Shown one piece after another: positions 46,098 to 57,592 of a stretch of DNA of 64,000 nt (within the stretch, counting starts at the first letter, position 1; every line of letters starts with the position of its first letter). The position numbers and the translations under genes are program-made. This DNA comes from Macrostomum lignano (taxonomy: Eukaryota): positions 62,001-126,000 of the forward strand of contig NIVC01002119.1 in assembly GCA_002269645.1 (NCBI GenBank). The letters run 5' to 3'. Below the pieces are notes generated by a model. The model worked only from the letters and a program-made list of their open reading frames with translations. It searched no databases and was not told the origin of the DNA.

Positions 46098-47447
46098 AGA
46101 TTGGACAGGCTGCATCGTGCTGATGACCAATTCATATGGACTTTTTTAAGATTTTCGGTCCTGCTTCTATTTAGATTTTATGTTTAAAATTACAATCAAG
46201 CCTTTTTGCGTTAAGTCTCGTAAGATGGGACTCAATAAAAAATTATTCTACGCTGTGTATCGCGATACGAACACTGAATCTTGTGCTGAAATACTGATGC
46301 GGGCCATCAAGGTGCCCCGCTTGCACTAGGAATCATACACTGTGATTAGTAAAACTATTAATAACAGTATGGAGCTTTACCAACTGATTTTAATTGTAAA
46401 AGCTATTTAACATTACTTTTACTTATCTCGAAAACTGAATAAATGATGGCAACTACGGTATAATTGTATTTTATTGTATGTTATTAAAAATTACATATTT
46501 TAATGCTCTGTTTAAAATTCTTTAAAGAAGATTTATGAAAAATAAATTCTAACGCTTTCTCTCTTGTTTTGCAAAGTGATTTAACAATACTTGGCTTCAC
46601 GCAGCTGCATGTGGGAAAGCTGAAAGCTGCTTGCCAAATGAGGGCAACGGCTGAAAGTAGGTGAGTGCTATAGGTTCAGAAAATGTCAAAGCATGCACTC
46701 TTGGCCTGGGCCTCCACGCTGGCACTGCCATCGTGGCACAGTCGAGGCCAGTGTCTCATTGAGATAAGACAATCAGTAGGAGAGAAGGCTGTCTCATTTG
46801 CTCAGTACTCGAAAGTATACAAACTGTGCGAGGAGAGCTGAGGCCCCATCTGAAGCCAACGTGTGGGGGCAGGCATTAGAAGCAAAAATAAACATAAAGC
46901 AAAGTTTGATGCCAACTTCAAAAGCCTTAATTGTTTGCCACCTATTGAAAGATATACACGTAGCTGCTCATGTTTCCAAAGAAAAGAAAGTTACGTAACC
47001 TGCTCATGATTTTATGATTTGACAGACGTAAGAGATACAAAATGTATAAAGGAGTAATGCAACGCAATTTTAATATCATTAGGCAACTTCCGTTCTAGAC
47101 AATTTGACAAGACGAATTTGAGAAGAATCATAGTTGAGGTCATAGCTGCCATGCCATTTCAGCAACGCCGAAGATCGCAGAAGATTGGACCGTCTGTGGT
47201 CGTTACTTTTGAGAGTGCAGGGAAAGTCTCACTCAATGTTGCGAGTGACGCAACTCAGCTACGCCGCGGCAGACTTGAGTTGAGGAATGGAGTGGGGGAG
47301 CGGTGTGCGAGGGTTGGACGGACTAAAGCTACCTCGATCAGTTTTCTCGTATCTTTTATTTCAGAACAGTCCAACAGAAATCGCTCACTGGCGCATAGAG
47401 TGGCGACTTTTCAATGCTGCTGAGAATACTTAAACACGCTTATGCAG

Positions 47448-48347
47448 GGGCCCGTGCTATAGAATACTCTTAACTCCTAAATCCTTAAGAGTGTCCTAAC
47501 TCCTAGCTGGCTTTTCTGTGCTATAGAATCAAGAGTAAATTTTAAGAGCTAGGAGGCTCCTTAAGGACGTTAGGAGACTCCTGGGTGAATTTAGGAGACC
47601 TCATTAAGGTCCGTGGCATGCTATAGAATTAGGAGAGGAAGTCTAGGAGCTAGGAGTTGGCTTTTAGGAGTCATTCTAGGAGCGCGTGTCCTAAAGAATG
47701 AGAAAATTTCGCTCCTAACTCAATTGACTCCTAAGCAAGAGTTCAAGGGCCAATTTTCACTCTTAGACAAGCTAGGATTATAATGTTTTCGGACAGCGAA
47801 TCGGATTCTGATGAGGAAGGAGTCGATGATAGACCAGCCGATCTCGGAAGATCCAGCCGAGAGCGCTATGCGTTTTAGACTTAACGAGATCCAGCTTTCA
47901 GGCCTAACAGATAGAATTCGACACAGAATCGAACATCTTAGTACCAAACTTTTCACGGCATTCCAATATCACGTCTTGCCACATAGCAATCTTCGCATTC
48001 TTAGTTATGGTTGTACTAAACGCACCAAAGAGAACCTCTTTGCGTGCAGCGACAGCTCTCACAAATGATATTTTTTGAGCAATTTGCATTTTCACTCCTG
48101 AGATTCAATCCTTAAGGACCGTAAAGTTAGATTGTGATATAGCACACAATTCTCTATCATCCTTAAACGATTGCGCAACACTCCTTGAACACACCCCAAC
48201 TCCTAGGCTGCACTCCTTGCAAGAACTCCTAGCTCCAAACTCTTAACTCCTGAAATCTATAGCACACAAAATTCAATCACTCCTTGTCAAGAGTACTCTT
48301 GAGTCCTAGCTCCTAACTTCTAACTCCTGATTCTATAGCACGGGCCC
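47448..48347 (+). mobile_element. PIF/Harbinger deletion derivative, ~900 bp
   Basis: Perfect TIR GGGCCCGTGCTATAGAAT / ATTCTATAGCACGGGCCC, with 3-bp CAG on both flanks. Internal TIR-like GCTATAGAAT and CTATAGCACAC copies. Possible frameshifted transposase N-terminus (MFSDSESDSDEEG...; RFRLNEIQL...). Confidence 0.85.
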
Positions 48348-48858
48348 CAGATGACCGAGTGAACGAATTTTCCCGCAGCATGCAAATAATCATGCGGTTA
48401 GTGAATCATTACAATCGTGAGACTAGGTAAATAATTTTTTCATACAAGCTAGCAATAACGATGGCGTAAATATTATCGATGCTATGAATATGAATGAAGA
48501 GAGAGATAGTAATGAACATTTAGCTGTTGTTAATTGGTAGAGAAATAAAAGTACACAATAATCTTGCCACGGCCCGCAGCAGTTGACTGTACGGTTTGCG
48601 CTGTACACGAATGGACAGTGTGCATGCATTCTGATACCGGGGAAAAGTTGCTGTACGCAAGTGGGCATTCAACCCTCCAATGAATGCAGTGGCAGGACAG
48701 ACTGAGACGGGCGTCCCTCGCAGGGTGGGCTGGGGCTAAGTCAAGCACCGCCACTGGCTGAATAAAAAACAGACTGCTGCTCCGAAAAAAACACAAATTA
48801 ACTATTGATATTTGCTGACTCGGTGAAGCAGCTTGAAAGTCACTCAACGTGGTCAACA

Positions 48859-50373
48859 ATGGCTCACCTACTGTCGTCTAGTATGGACAACAAGATGGCC
48901 CTCGGCATCGGCATGCCTGTTGCACTGCTTGGTTGTTACGGAGCCTACCAGTGGTACCGGTCGAGAGATCTACCTCCTGGTCCCATCGGACTGCCTGTTG
49001 TGGGCCGTTTGCCATGGCTTCACCCAAGTCAATTGCACCTTTGCATCGAGCAGATGGTTAACAAATACGGTGACATCATCTCGTTTCGAATGGGTTCGCA
49101 GCTGATGATCGCCATCGGCAACTACGACATCCTCAAGGAAATGATGAATGACGACAACTATGCGGCTCGGCCCAGGCCACCGTTCCTGGAACGGCTGATT
49201 CAGGGATGCGGCATTTTCAACACGGAGGGCGAATCATGGACCCGGCAGCGCCGGCTTGCTCTGAAGAGTCTACGAGACTTCGGATTCGCTAGAACTCGAT
49301 CTGCTGAGATGGTCGACGTACAGCTTGACCTCATCTTCCAGCTTCTTGAGAAATCCGTCGAGGAGAAGCAGAGCCTGCGAGTTATTGACGCGTTCACAGA
49401 GGCAACGAACGGGGTCATCGCGCAACTCACTATCAACCGTCGCTTCAAGCAGGACGAGGCCGAATTTAAATTTCTCAACAGAGCAATAAAATCGTTCTTC
49501 GAGACACCCCTGTTTCTTTCGCTGCCGCTTCTGTTTCCTTACTTGGACCCGATTACGCGCATTTTGCCTTCAGCAGACAAGTTCATTCAGCTTGTCCTCG
49601 AATTCCACGAGTTCATTCGCGAGCAGATCCACATCCGCGAGTCAATCTTGATTGATGAATCTATGGAGCCCGAGTGCCTCTGCGATGTGTACATTCAGGA
49701 GAAACGGAAGGCTGAGAAGCTTGGCGACTTTGAAAGCTACAAGGAACTGCAAATCATTCGAGTAATTCTCGAGTTTTTCATGGCTGGCACAGACACGACA
49801 GCGCGATCTCTGGAGTGGCTCTTCGTCCTGATGGCAACCCACCCGGACATCCAGAGCAAGGTGCAGAGCGAGCTTGACCAAGAGGTTGGCTCGGACAGAC
49901 GAGTGCAAACATCGGACAAGCCAAAGCTGCACTTTACAAACGCAGTAATTGAAGAGGCCTATCGATTCGTGTCGCTAGCTGTTGTTGGCCCATTTCATCG
50001 TGCGAAGAGCGAAGCCGTCTTCAATGGGTACAGAATTCCAAAGGATGCTGTGATTTTCCCGTGTGCTTATATTTCCAACCATGATCCCCGAATCTGGTCG
50101 AAGCCGAACGAGTTTTATCCTGAGCACTTCCTCGACCAGAAGGGAGTCTTCACTGGCACAGGCAAGAACGTCCCTTTTCTCATTGGTCGACGGGCATGCC
50201 CAGGAGAGGGTCTGGCTCGAATGGAGGTGTTTCTCATGTTCACCGCCATCATGCAGCGCTACCGGGTCTCCCTGGCTCCGGAGTTTGTCGGCAAGGAGGC
50301 CAAAATAGTGAAGGGCTTCATCTCTGGCTTGCGCACGCCTGGCGAGCACAGGCTGCTGTTTCGCCCCCGCTGA
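48859..50373 (+). CDS. Cytochrome P450, CYP2 clan, intronless, 504 aa (copy B)
   Basis: ATG at 48859 aligns with the copy A start (MAHLLSS vs MTHLLSS). FFMAGTDTT, EEAYR, PNEFYPEHF, PFLIGRRACPGEGLA. Confidence 0.96.
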   Translation: MAHLLSSSMDNKMALGIGMPVALLGCYGAYQWYRSRDLPPGPIGLPVVGRLPWLHPSQLHLCIEQMVNKYGDIISFRMGSQLMIAIGNYDILKEMMNDDNYAARPRPPFLERLIQGCGIFNTEGESWTRQRRLALKSLRDFGFARTRSAEMVDVQLDLIFQLLEKSVEEKQSLRVIDAFTEATNGVIAQLTINRRFKQDEAEFKFLNRAIKSFFETPLFLSLPLLFPYLDPITRILPSADKFIQLVLEFHEFIREQIHIRESILIDESMEPECLCDVYIQEKRKAEKLGDFESYKELQIIRVILEFFMAGTDTTARSLEWLFVLMATHPDIQSKVQSELDQEVGSDRRVQTSDKPKLHFTNAVIEEAYRFVSLAVVGPFHRAKSEAVFNGYRIPKDAVIFPCAYISNHDPRIWSKPNEFYPEHFLDQKGVFTGTGKNVPFLIGRRACPGEGLARMEVFLMFTAIMQRYRVSLAPEFVGKEAKIVKGFISGLRTPGEHRLLFRPR

Positions 50374-51668
50374 TTGGCACACATGGCCGAGTTTACGCTG
50401 AATGATTTTGCTTCTTTTGGAATCGACTACTTCTCAATATATTAAACCTATAATATGCCATACTTTTTGTAACATTTTCCTATTTCCTGAACGTTCAAAA
50501 AATTTTTTTAATTTACTACGGTTTGTTTTTTTTCAAGGACCCTGTGGGGCGTTGATTGGGTGCGTAAGCTTAACCTGTACACTACCATATAATTACTTTA
50601 AGGTTAAATTAGTTTTGGTCAAATAAATTTACCAGCGATTAATATATAATTCAGCTCCTACTGATTGGACGCGTCTTGAAATCTTATACGCTTGTATTGA
50701 CATTCCTGAACTGAATAGAAACAAAATTACACGCCATTTTACCATAAGATCAGTGATTAAAAGCAGTGCAGCTCGTCTGCACTCACTCGAACTTGCCTGT
50801 AAGAACGAGTACGTTGTTTAACAGTGCCCTGACGAGTGGCTTTGTCTATAAATCTATTGCTAAATGTATCGTATTAAAAAATGATCAAATGCTTTACTGG
50901 TTTGAAGATTTTACAACTATGCAATTTTCCTTAAAAACCTTTAATTTTTCTTACGAATGGGCCTTCTTTAATTTAATCTGGATTGACTCTGTTTGGTGGT
51001 CACCTTTGGTCACATTTGTTAAAAGAATTCGATTAAATGTAAAGAAGTTCGCGCATCTGTAAACAATATCAAAGTTTAAACACTTTTTTGTATTGCGAAT
51101 TGTGATTAAAACAATTTGGGTACTCAGTTGTAAGTGAACAAATGCGTATGAAAGCGGCATTTTTGCCACCGGAAAAGTTCCTAAGAGCTCAGCGAGTGAG
51201 CTAAAAACCTTTTTAACCTTCAGTGATCCCTGAAGATTGATTTAAAAATAGTTTCGTGTGGCTGCTGCTGTCCAGCTTTATCACAGGCAGAGCTGTATCT
51301 CGGGCTGTACTATCAAACTGGGTTCGGAGATAGGGCAGTCGGGCAAGACCCAGGCCAAGTTGAATGATTTATTATGACAACTGGGTGCTATAGGGCTAAC
51401 AGTACAACGCAAGCATTCCGCAGACCCCTGTGCCACGCTGGATAATGCCACGCTGGAAGGCAAAATAGCAATCTCTTCTATCTCTGCAGACCTGCATGGT
51501 AACCCGGCTGGGCAGGCAGTCTGCCCGTCACTGGCTGGCACAGAAAGCACAAAACAAACAGACCAAATTTTTTCTGCGTTCTCGTGGAAGGGTAAAAAAT
51601 GAGAGACGCAAATGCAGCTTTCTAATCAGAGTTGATTCTGCACAGTCTGCCAGGTCATGACGTGACCC

Positions 51669-51897
51669 GAGTGTGTGAACTCTATGCGAGTGTGTGAACT
51701 CTATGCGAGTGTGTGAACTCTATGCGAGTGTGTGAACTCTATGCGAGTGTGTGAACTCTATGCGAGTGTGTGAACTCTATGCGAGTGTGTGAACTCTATG
51801 CGAGTGTGTGAACTCTATGCGAGTGTGTGAACTCTATGCGAGTGTGTGAACTCTATGCGAGTGTGTGAACTCTATGCGAGTGTGTGAACTCTATGCA
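51669..51897. repeat. 19-bp minisatellite (GAGTGTGTGAACTCTATGC), 12 copies
   Basis: Direct periodicity. Confidence 0.96.
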
Positions 51898-52874
51898 ATA
51901 TGCTCATACAATCCCGGCTTTATAGCCTCAAAATATCATTATTCGCACATGCAAGCATGCTTCAAAACTTAAATATTTCATAACGTTTTCTGGCCGTTGT
52001 CTGTTCCGCACGGACAGTGACTTGTCACTCTCATGATATCACTTTCATAATTTGTCACTGTCATATTTTGTCACTCATAATTTATCACGCTCATAATTTG
52101 TACTCTCATAATGTCAATGTCAATGCTAATCTGACTCGCTTTCACGCCGCCATTGTCAATGTTGCAATTTTAGGGTTCCTTGAGATTCATAACTGAATTT
52201 TCATTAATTTTCGTTTCACCCTTACAAGTGTTTTCTCCAATTGTAAGTATCCTAGGCAGAAATTTATAGTTTTGTGCGAAGGGTTTCGGGCAATAGGATG
52301 ATTTTTCAAGCCCAAATATATTTGAGCAACTACATGCATTTGCGTCTCTTGGGATGGAAGAAACCTATACGGCCGAATGATATTGGCGTCTCATTTGTTT
52401 TGTGTGAATACAGGATTGCAAACACAAACATTTCATAAGGGCATCAAACACTACTGATCCTGTTCACACAATTCGGTCATACCCAAAGGTACATCGAAGC
52501 AACATTATTCAGTCACCTCAACGACGTTTTAGCTTCCCAGTGGTTTGAAAGCCATTTTAGGAAAGATGAATCCAGAAAGTAGCTTAATGTATTTAGAAAA
52601 TGTTTCTCTTTCAAATCATTTTAGAACAGATGTCGATTGAATTTTCCACACCCGTACAACATAGCAAGAATGTCATGATGATTTAAGAAATTTAAACAAG
52701 CTAATTTTTAACGCGCATGATTCCCATTTACCAATTCTCAACAAAATTAAAAGCGAAAAATGACCAGTTATCATTGTAAGTAGTCACAGTCCAGGATTAT
52801 TTGGCTGTTAGATTGACAATTAGGGGCAAAAGACAAGCTCTTAGCTTGAGAACCGGAGCAGAGAAGCAACCTGC

Positions 52875-54386
52875 TCAGCGCTTCTGAACAGACAGCTTGT
52901 AGTCCCCGGGCTGGCGGAGAATCCCATACGAGCCTTTCAGTATCTCCGCCTCCTTGCCAACGTACTCCGGCGCCAGTGTGACCCGGAAGCGCTGCATGAT
53001 GGCGCTGAAGACAAGCAGAACCTCCATACGTGCCAGTCCTTCCCCAGGGCAGGCCCGCCGGCCGATCATAAAGGGCACGTTCTTGCCATGGCCAGTGTAG
53101 GCGCCCTTCTCGTTGAGGAAATGCTCCGGATAGAACTCGTCGGGTTTAGCCCAGATGCGCGAATCGTGGTTAATTCCGTAGGTGCATGGCAGAATAATCG
53201 AGTCCTTGGGAATCCGGTAGCCGTGAAAGATAGCGTCCTGCTTGGCCCTGTGCATAACGCCAATAGCCACTAGCGACACGAACCTGAACGACTCCTCAAT
53301 GACAGCGAGAGTGTAGTTTAGTTCAGACTTGTCCGATGTTAGGGGCCGCCGCTCCGAGCCAACGACGCGGATCAATTCCTCGTGAAGCTTGTCTTGAATC
53401 GCTGGGAAGACCGCCATTAGGACGACGAGCCACTCCAGCGAACGGGCTGTGGTATCAGTGCCAGCAACAAAAAATTCCACAACGCCCCGGACGATTTGGT
53501 GCTCCTTGAATGTCTCATAGTCACCACGTTTTTCACAGCGACGTCTCTCTTGGATGTACACGTCACAGAGACATTCTGGTTCCATTGAGTCGTCAACAAT
53601 CTCCTTGCGCTGGTTCACTTGGTTTCGGACGAAATCCTGCAGACCGAATACCAGGTTGTTGAAAGAACTACTAGCCGGCAAGGTTCTCACAATGACGTCT
53701 AACGATGGAAACAAAAGAGGCATGCTGAGCAAGAATGATGTGTTGAAGAAGGCCTTGATTGTTTCATTCAGATAAATAAATTCCTTTTCACCCCGCTCGT
53801 ACCTGCGCCCGAGCGTCAGTTGAGCAATCACACCGTTAGTGGCCTCAGTGAAGGCTTCAAGCGTGCGAATATGGTCGCCATTATCTGCTGCCGCTTCTAA
53901 AAGTTGGAAGATTATGTCTACTTGTGCGTCTACCATCTCAGCGGATCGAGTGCGGGCGAACCCAAAGTCACGAAGACTCCGCATAGCGAGGCGGCGCTGC
54001 TGCGACCAAGACTCGCCCTCAGTGAAGAAGATGCCGCATCCTTGGGTTACGCGGTCAAGGAATGGAAGCCGCGGCCGGCCAGTATAGTTTTCGTCTTCCA
54101 TAATCTCCTTGAGTAGATCATAGCTGTTGACAGCGACCATCAGCTGGCTTCCCATTCGATATGAAATCAGGTCGCCATACTGCTTGCACATCTCAATCAC
54201 GCACAGGTGAGCCTGCTTCTGGTCCATCCATGGCAGGCGACCAATGACTGGCAGGGCGACGGGTCCTGGTGGTAAGCTTCTGTTTCTGAACCATCGGCTG
54301 GCTAGGTAACAACCAAACAATGCTACTGGTACACCCACACCGAGACTACTTGTCTGCAAATCTAATGACGACAAGAGATGGGTCAT
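52875..54386 (-). CDS. Cytochrome P450, CYP2 clan, intronless, 503 aa (copy C), convergent with copy B
   Basis: ATG at 54386 (MTHLLSS). FFVAGTDTT, EESFR, PDEFYPEHF, PFMIGRRACPGEGLA. Confidence 0.96.
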   Translation of the reverse strand: MTHLLSSLDLQTSSLGVGVPVALFGCYLASRWFRNRSLPPGPVALPVIGRLPWMDQKQAHLCVIEMCKQYGDLISYRMGSQLMVAVNSYDLLKEIMEDENYTGRPRLPFLDRVTQGCGIFFTEGESWSQQRRLAMRSLRDFGFARTRSAEMVDAQVDIIFQLLEAAADNGDHIRTLEAFTEATNGVIAQLTLGRRYERGEKEFIYLNETIKAFFNTSFLLSMPLLFPSLDVIVRTLPASSSFNNLVFGLQDFVRNQVNQRKEIVDDSMEPECLCDVYIQERRRCEKRGDYETFKEHQIVRGVVEFFVAGTDTTARSLEWLVVLMAVFPAIQDKLHEELIRVVGSERRPLTSDKSELNYTLAVIEESFRFVSLVAIGVMHRAKQDAIFHGYRIPKDSIILPCTYGINHDSRIWAKPDEFYPEHFLNEKGAYTGHGKNVPFMIGRRACPGEGLARMEVLLVFSAIMQRFRVTLAPEYVGKEAEILKGSYGILRQPGDYKLSVQKR

Positions 54387-55899
54387 AGCTGAAAACAATT
54401 ACTGTGTCTACTGTTTTTTGAAAATTTTCAGTATCACGATAGCTGTAGGTAGTTGTTTTCGTGGTTTTACCTAGGATCATGCTCTAATATAGACTCAATC
54501 TCGTTCCACGATAGCCTAGCAATACGCTTTACTTTCTTCAATGAACTTGATAGAAATTGTTGTGGTTGGCTGGACCTTGCCTCAAATTAGCTCAGATACG
54601 CTGGCACTGTACAAACGTACATTCATTCCGCTTCTCCTGATCTAAAAGAAGGTTGGGTAAACTGTACTGTTGTAAATTCATTCCACTGCCCCACTTCAGT
54701 AGTTTTTCTAAGCTTTTCTTCCTGCCTATGCGCTGCAGCTTTTTGACCAGCCAAACTAACACGGTTCTTCAAACCTCAAAACTGATTCTAAGTACATTTA
54801 TGATATAGATTTATGTAAATGCATACTACTATAGCCTAAAGGAGCTAGGATCGTGTACGTAATCAGCTCCTGCGGTTGATCAGCAGGATATTTTCACGAC
54901 GAGCTATGCAGAGTGAAGACACCTTTGCATGCTCTCGTGGATCACATTCACCTTCACACGTTACACGAAGATACATGTACTCCACTATATAGTTCATTAT
55001 CCACTGCAACACTTCCTAGCTATATGTGATCTCATTTACCACGATGTATATGTACACATCTAATTAGCATCACTCAGCAAATTAAAATTGCAAACACAAC
55101 AGCTATTGGTATTGGCGTCTCATGGCGCTCCCTACTAAATGTTGTTCCTGGTCAAAGAAAAAAGCCCAGAACAGAACCCGGGGCAATATCAGCACCAGCT
55201 GTGGGCAGTACAGCTCGGCACGGAATGAGTTGGTGTGCTAACTCAGGAATCGACCACAAGGCGCAGTAATATTTTGGACCATCAGCAGGCCGACGTTGCT
55301 CGCTTCGCATCCAGTCTATCCAGTTGTCATTAGATCCTTAGGTGTCGAGGATAGCCGGGTGAAATCGTTGAAATATCTAAGCGGAGAGAGCAGCTTGTTC
55401 TATTTTTCTGTTCTGTATTTATATGTCCCTATGTGTAATAAGATTTTCAGGCACTGAGAAAAATTTATATCTAATATGGTTTTGCCATTTCCTAAAAAAT
55501 GACTCATGGAATCATCTTTAGAGTGAATGATTATTTTTGGGTCCAGGCATCTAGGTTAAAAATAGCAAATGTGACTTAAATAAAATTTCCCATTTGGCAT
55601 GATTTCCCGCGCGAAAAAATAAACCCATAGAAGGCATAACAAACTTTGTACGTAGCAAATACGGTGGCTTAGTGCGGTGCAAACGAGCCACCAATCGCTG
55701 GAAAGATTTTCAACCGGATTTATTTGATATTTGAGGGTACTTGCACATGTAGCCATGCTGATGCAACGGTATGGTCACGAATTACAGCCAGCTCGTATTG
55801 TTTTGAGAATCTCACTCTCTAAAATTCCGCAAACAACGCGAGCGCAATTGTCGTGTTGTATTTTTTAATTTTTCGTGACCATCTTTTTCTAAGATATAT

Positions 55900-57560
55900 C
55901 AAATCAAATCATGATTATGACTCCATAGAGGAGCTAGGCGTAGAGATTGTTCTAGCCGGTAGCCCTAGCTTGAGCCAAATGCGCCAGGGCCAGATGTTTG
56001 CATACTCAGAGTAAGCTTTAACAGTTAACATTTTGTTACGGGTATTTTTTTGCTGTCAGTACGTTTCGTTGTACAGACATAGTAGGGTAGGCCTAATTTT
56101 AGATGTTGACAACAATAGGTCAATTTTGAAAAGTATGTCTAGCATTAATAAATCTATCATCGCTATCTACAACTATCAATACTTTTATGTCCATATATAC
56201 TTACTAAGTATAGTAAAGTAGAGTGGCAAATAGATTATAGTTGTATAAAACTATTACTAAACTTTATAAAATGGACTACTACATAGTCTGTTAAAAAGTT
56301 AACTTCTAAACTGTGCAACCCGAATTTATTATGGTTAATGCAATATAATTTTTATATTTTATACAAAAATATAATATATTATAAAAAGCTTTTTGCAACA
56401 GCTTTGTTCTGCATATAATTAAATTTTTCTCTTTGGCATCAACTAGGCCAGGCAGGCCTATTTAATGCTCTTTGTTTTTGACCACTTATATGTAAATTTT
56501 CCTCATAAGTATTGCACATAAGATATTATTAATCTAAAATACTAATAATAAAAAATGATAACACTATATTTAGTCTATAATTAGAAATATATGTGCAACC
56601 CATTTCTCTGATTTATATAAATTATGCAATTTACTTTTTGACAAAAATTACTTTCTTATGAAAAATACCCAAGCAAAAGCTAATATAATTTTGGGTAGAT
56701 GGCAACAATAACTATGACTATAATAATAAAGCTAAATGCCTCATTATCTAATTAGTATAACACCTATATTTTTGGTTAGGTAGGGCATAGAAATAGTATA
56801 TAGGTGGTACATAGATTTCCCCTTCAAAAGTTGTATTCCAATGTGCATGTCACATTCCATAATCAGGAAGGTGGCACAATGTGCGCTGGAATAAATTTTT
56901 TGGGACGATCTGTGTGCTATTTATGCGCCGCCATCTATGCGCCATTTGTGCACTTTCTATGTGCCATGTCTATGCCCTTATTTTACATATTTTATGTAAA
57001 TTATATATTTTACAATAAATTTACAAAATTCTTAGAATTCATGTAGACCCAATATGCTATGCCAGTTTTATGCTAATAAAGATTCTATTCTAATTCCTTA
57101 TGCACCAAAGTTGTGCATAGCACCGCATATGTCAGGGACCTTATGTGCCACAATTATGCGCCGCATGCACTAGGGACCTCAGTGTGCACCATGATTGTGC
57201 GCCAAGGACCCCTTGTGTGTGCAGAATTTTCTATGGCAAAGGCCACCTTCCTGACTATGGGGCATACTATGCTACCTTGATTATATTATAGTATTTAACT
57301 ATATAATCTAAGCTAAATAGTTTTTAAACAACTTAAAACATTGTTTGTATTTATTTTCTATTAAAAGTGTCACATGATAAATTGAGATCAATGTTCAATA
57401 GCATTTAGCTAGCACAATAGCTTTGTATTTTATTTTGTTTTAACTCTAATAAATAATGTATTTATTATTAAAGCTAGTAATGTTCTTTTATTATAGAATT
57501 ATAAAATTTACAGTATGTGCGTATCTAAGCGCTTCCCCCATTCCAATAATTACAACCAAT
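55900..57560. other. Second AT-rich island, between the divergently oriented CYP copy C and the 57593 gene
   Basis: Visibly low GC, with an abrupt switch to GC-rich coding sequence at ~57590. Boundaries are approximate. Confidence 0.8.
56857..57260. mobile_element. Possible ~400-bp MITE-like element with 19-bp inverted ends
   Basis: CCATAATCAGGAAGGTGGC at the left and GCCACCTTCCTGACTATGG at the right (18/19). Interior is rich in TATGCGCC/GTGCAC motifs. No target-site duplication found. Confidence 0.5.
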
Positions 57561-57592
57561 TCAATCACTGTTCTTCCTTCCATTGCTTGCAG

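Noticed and set aside
44657-54116. Short antisense and alternative-frame ORFs overlapping the P450 genes
   Set aside because: They are shadows of the P450 coding sequences and are duplicated along with the paralogues.
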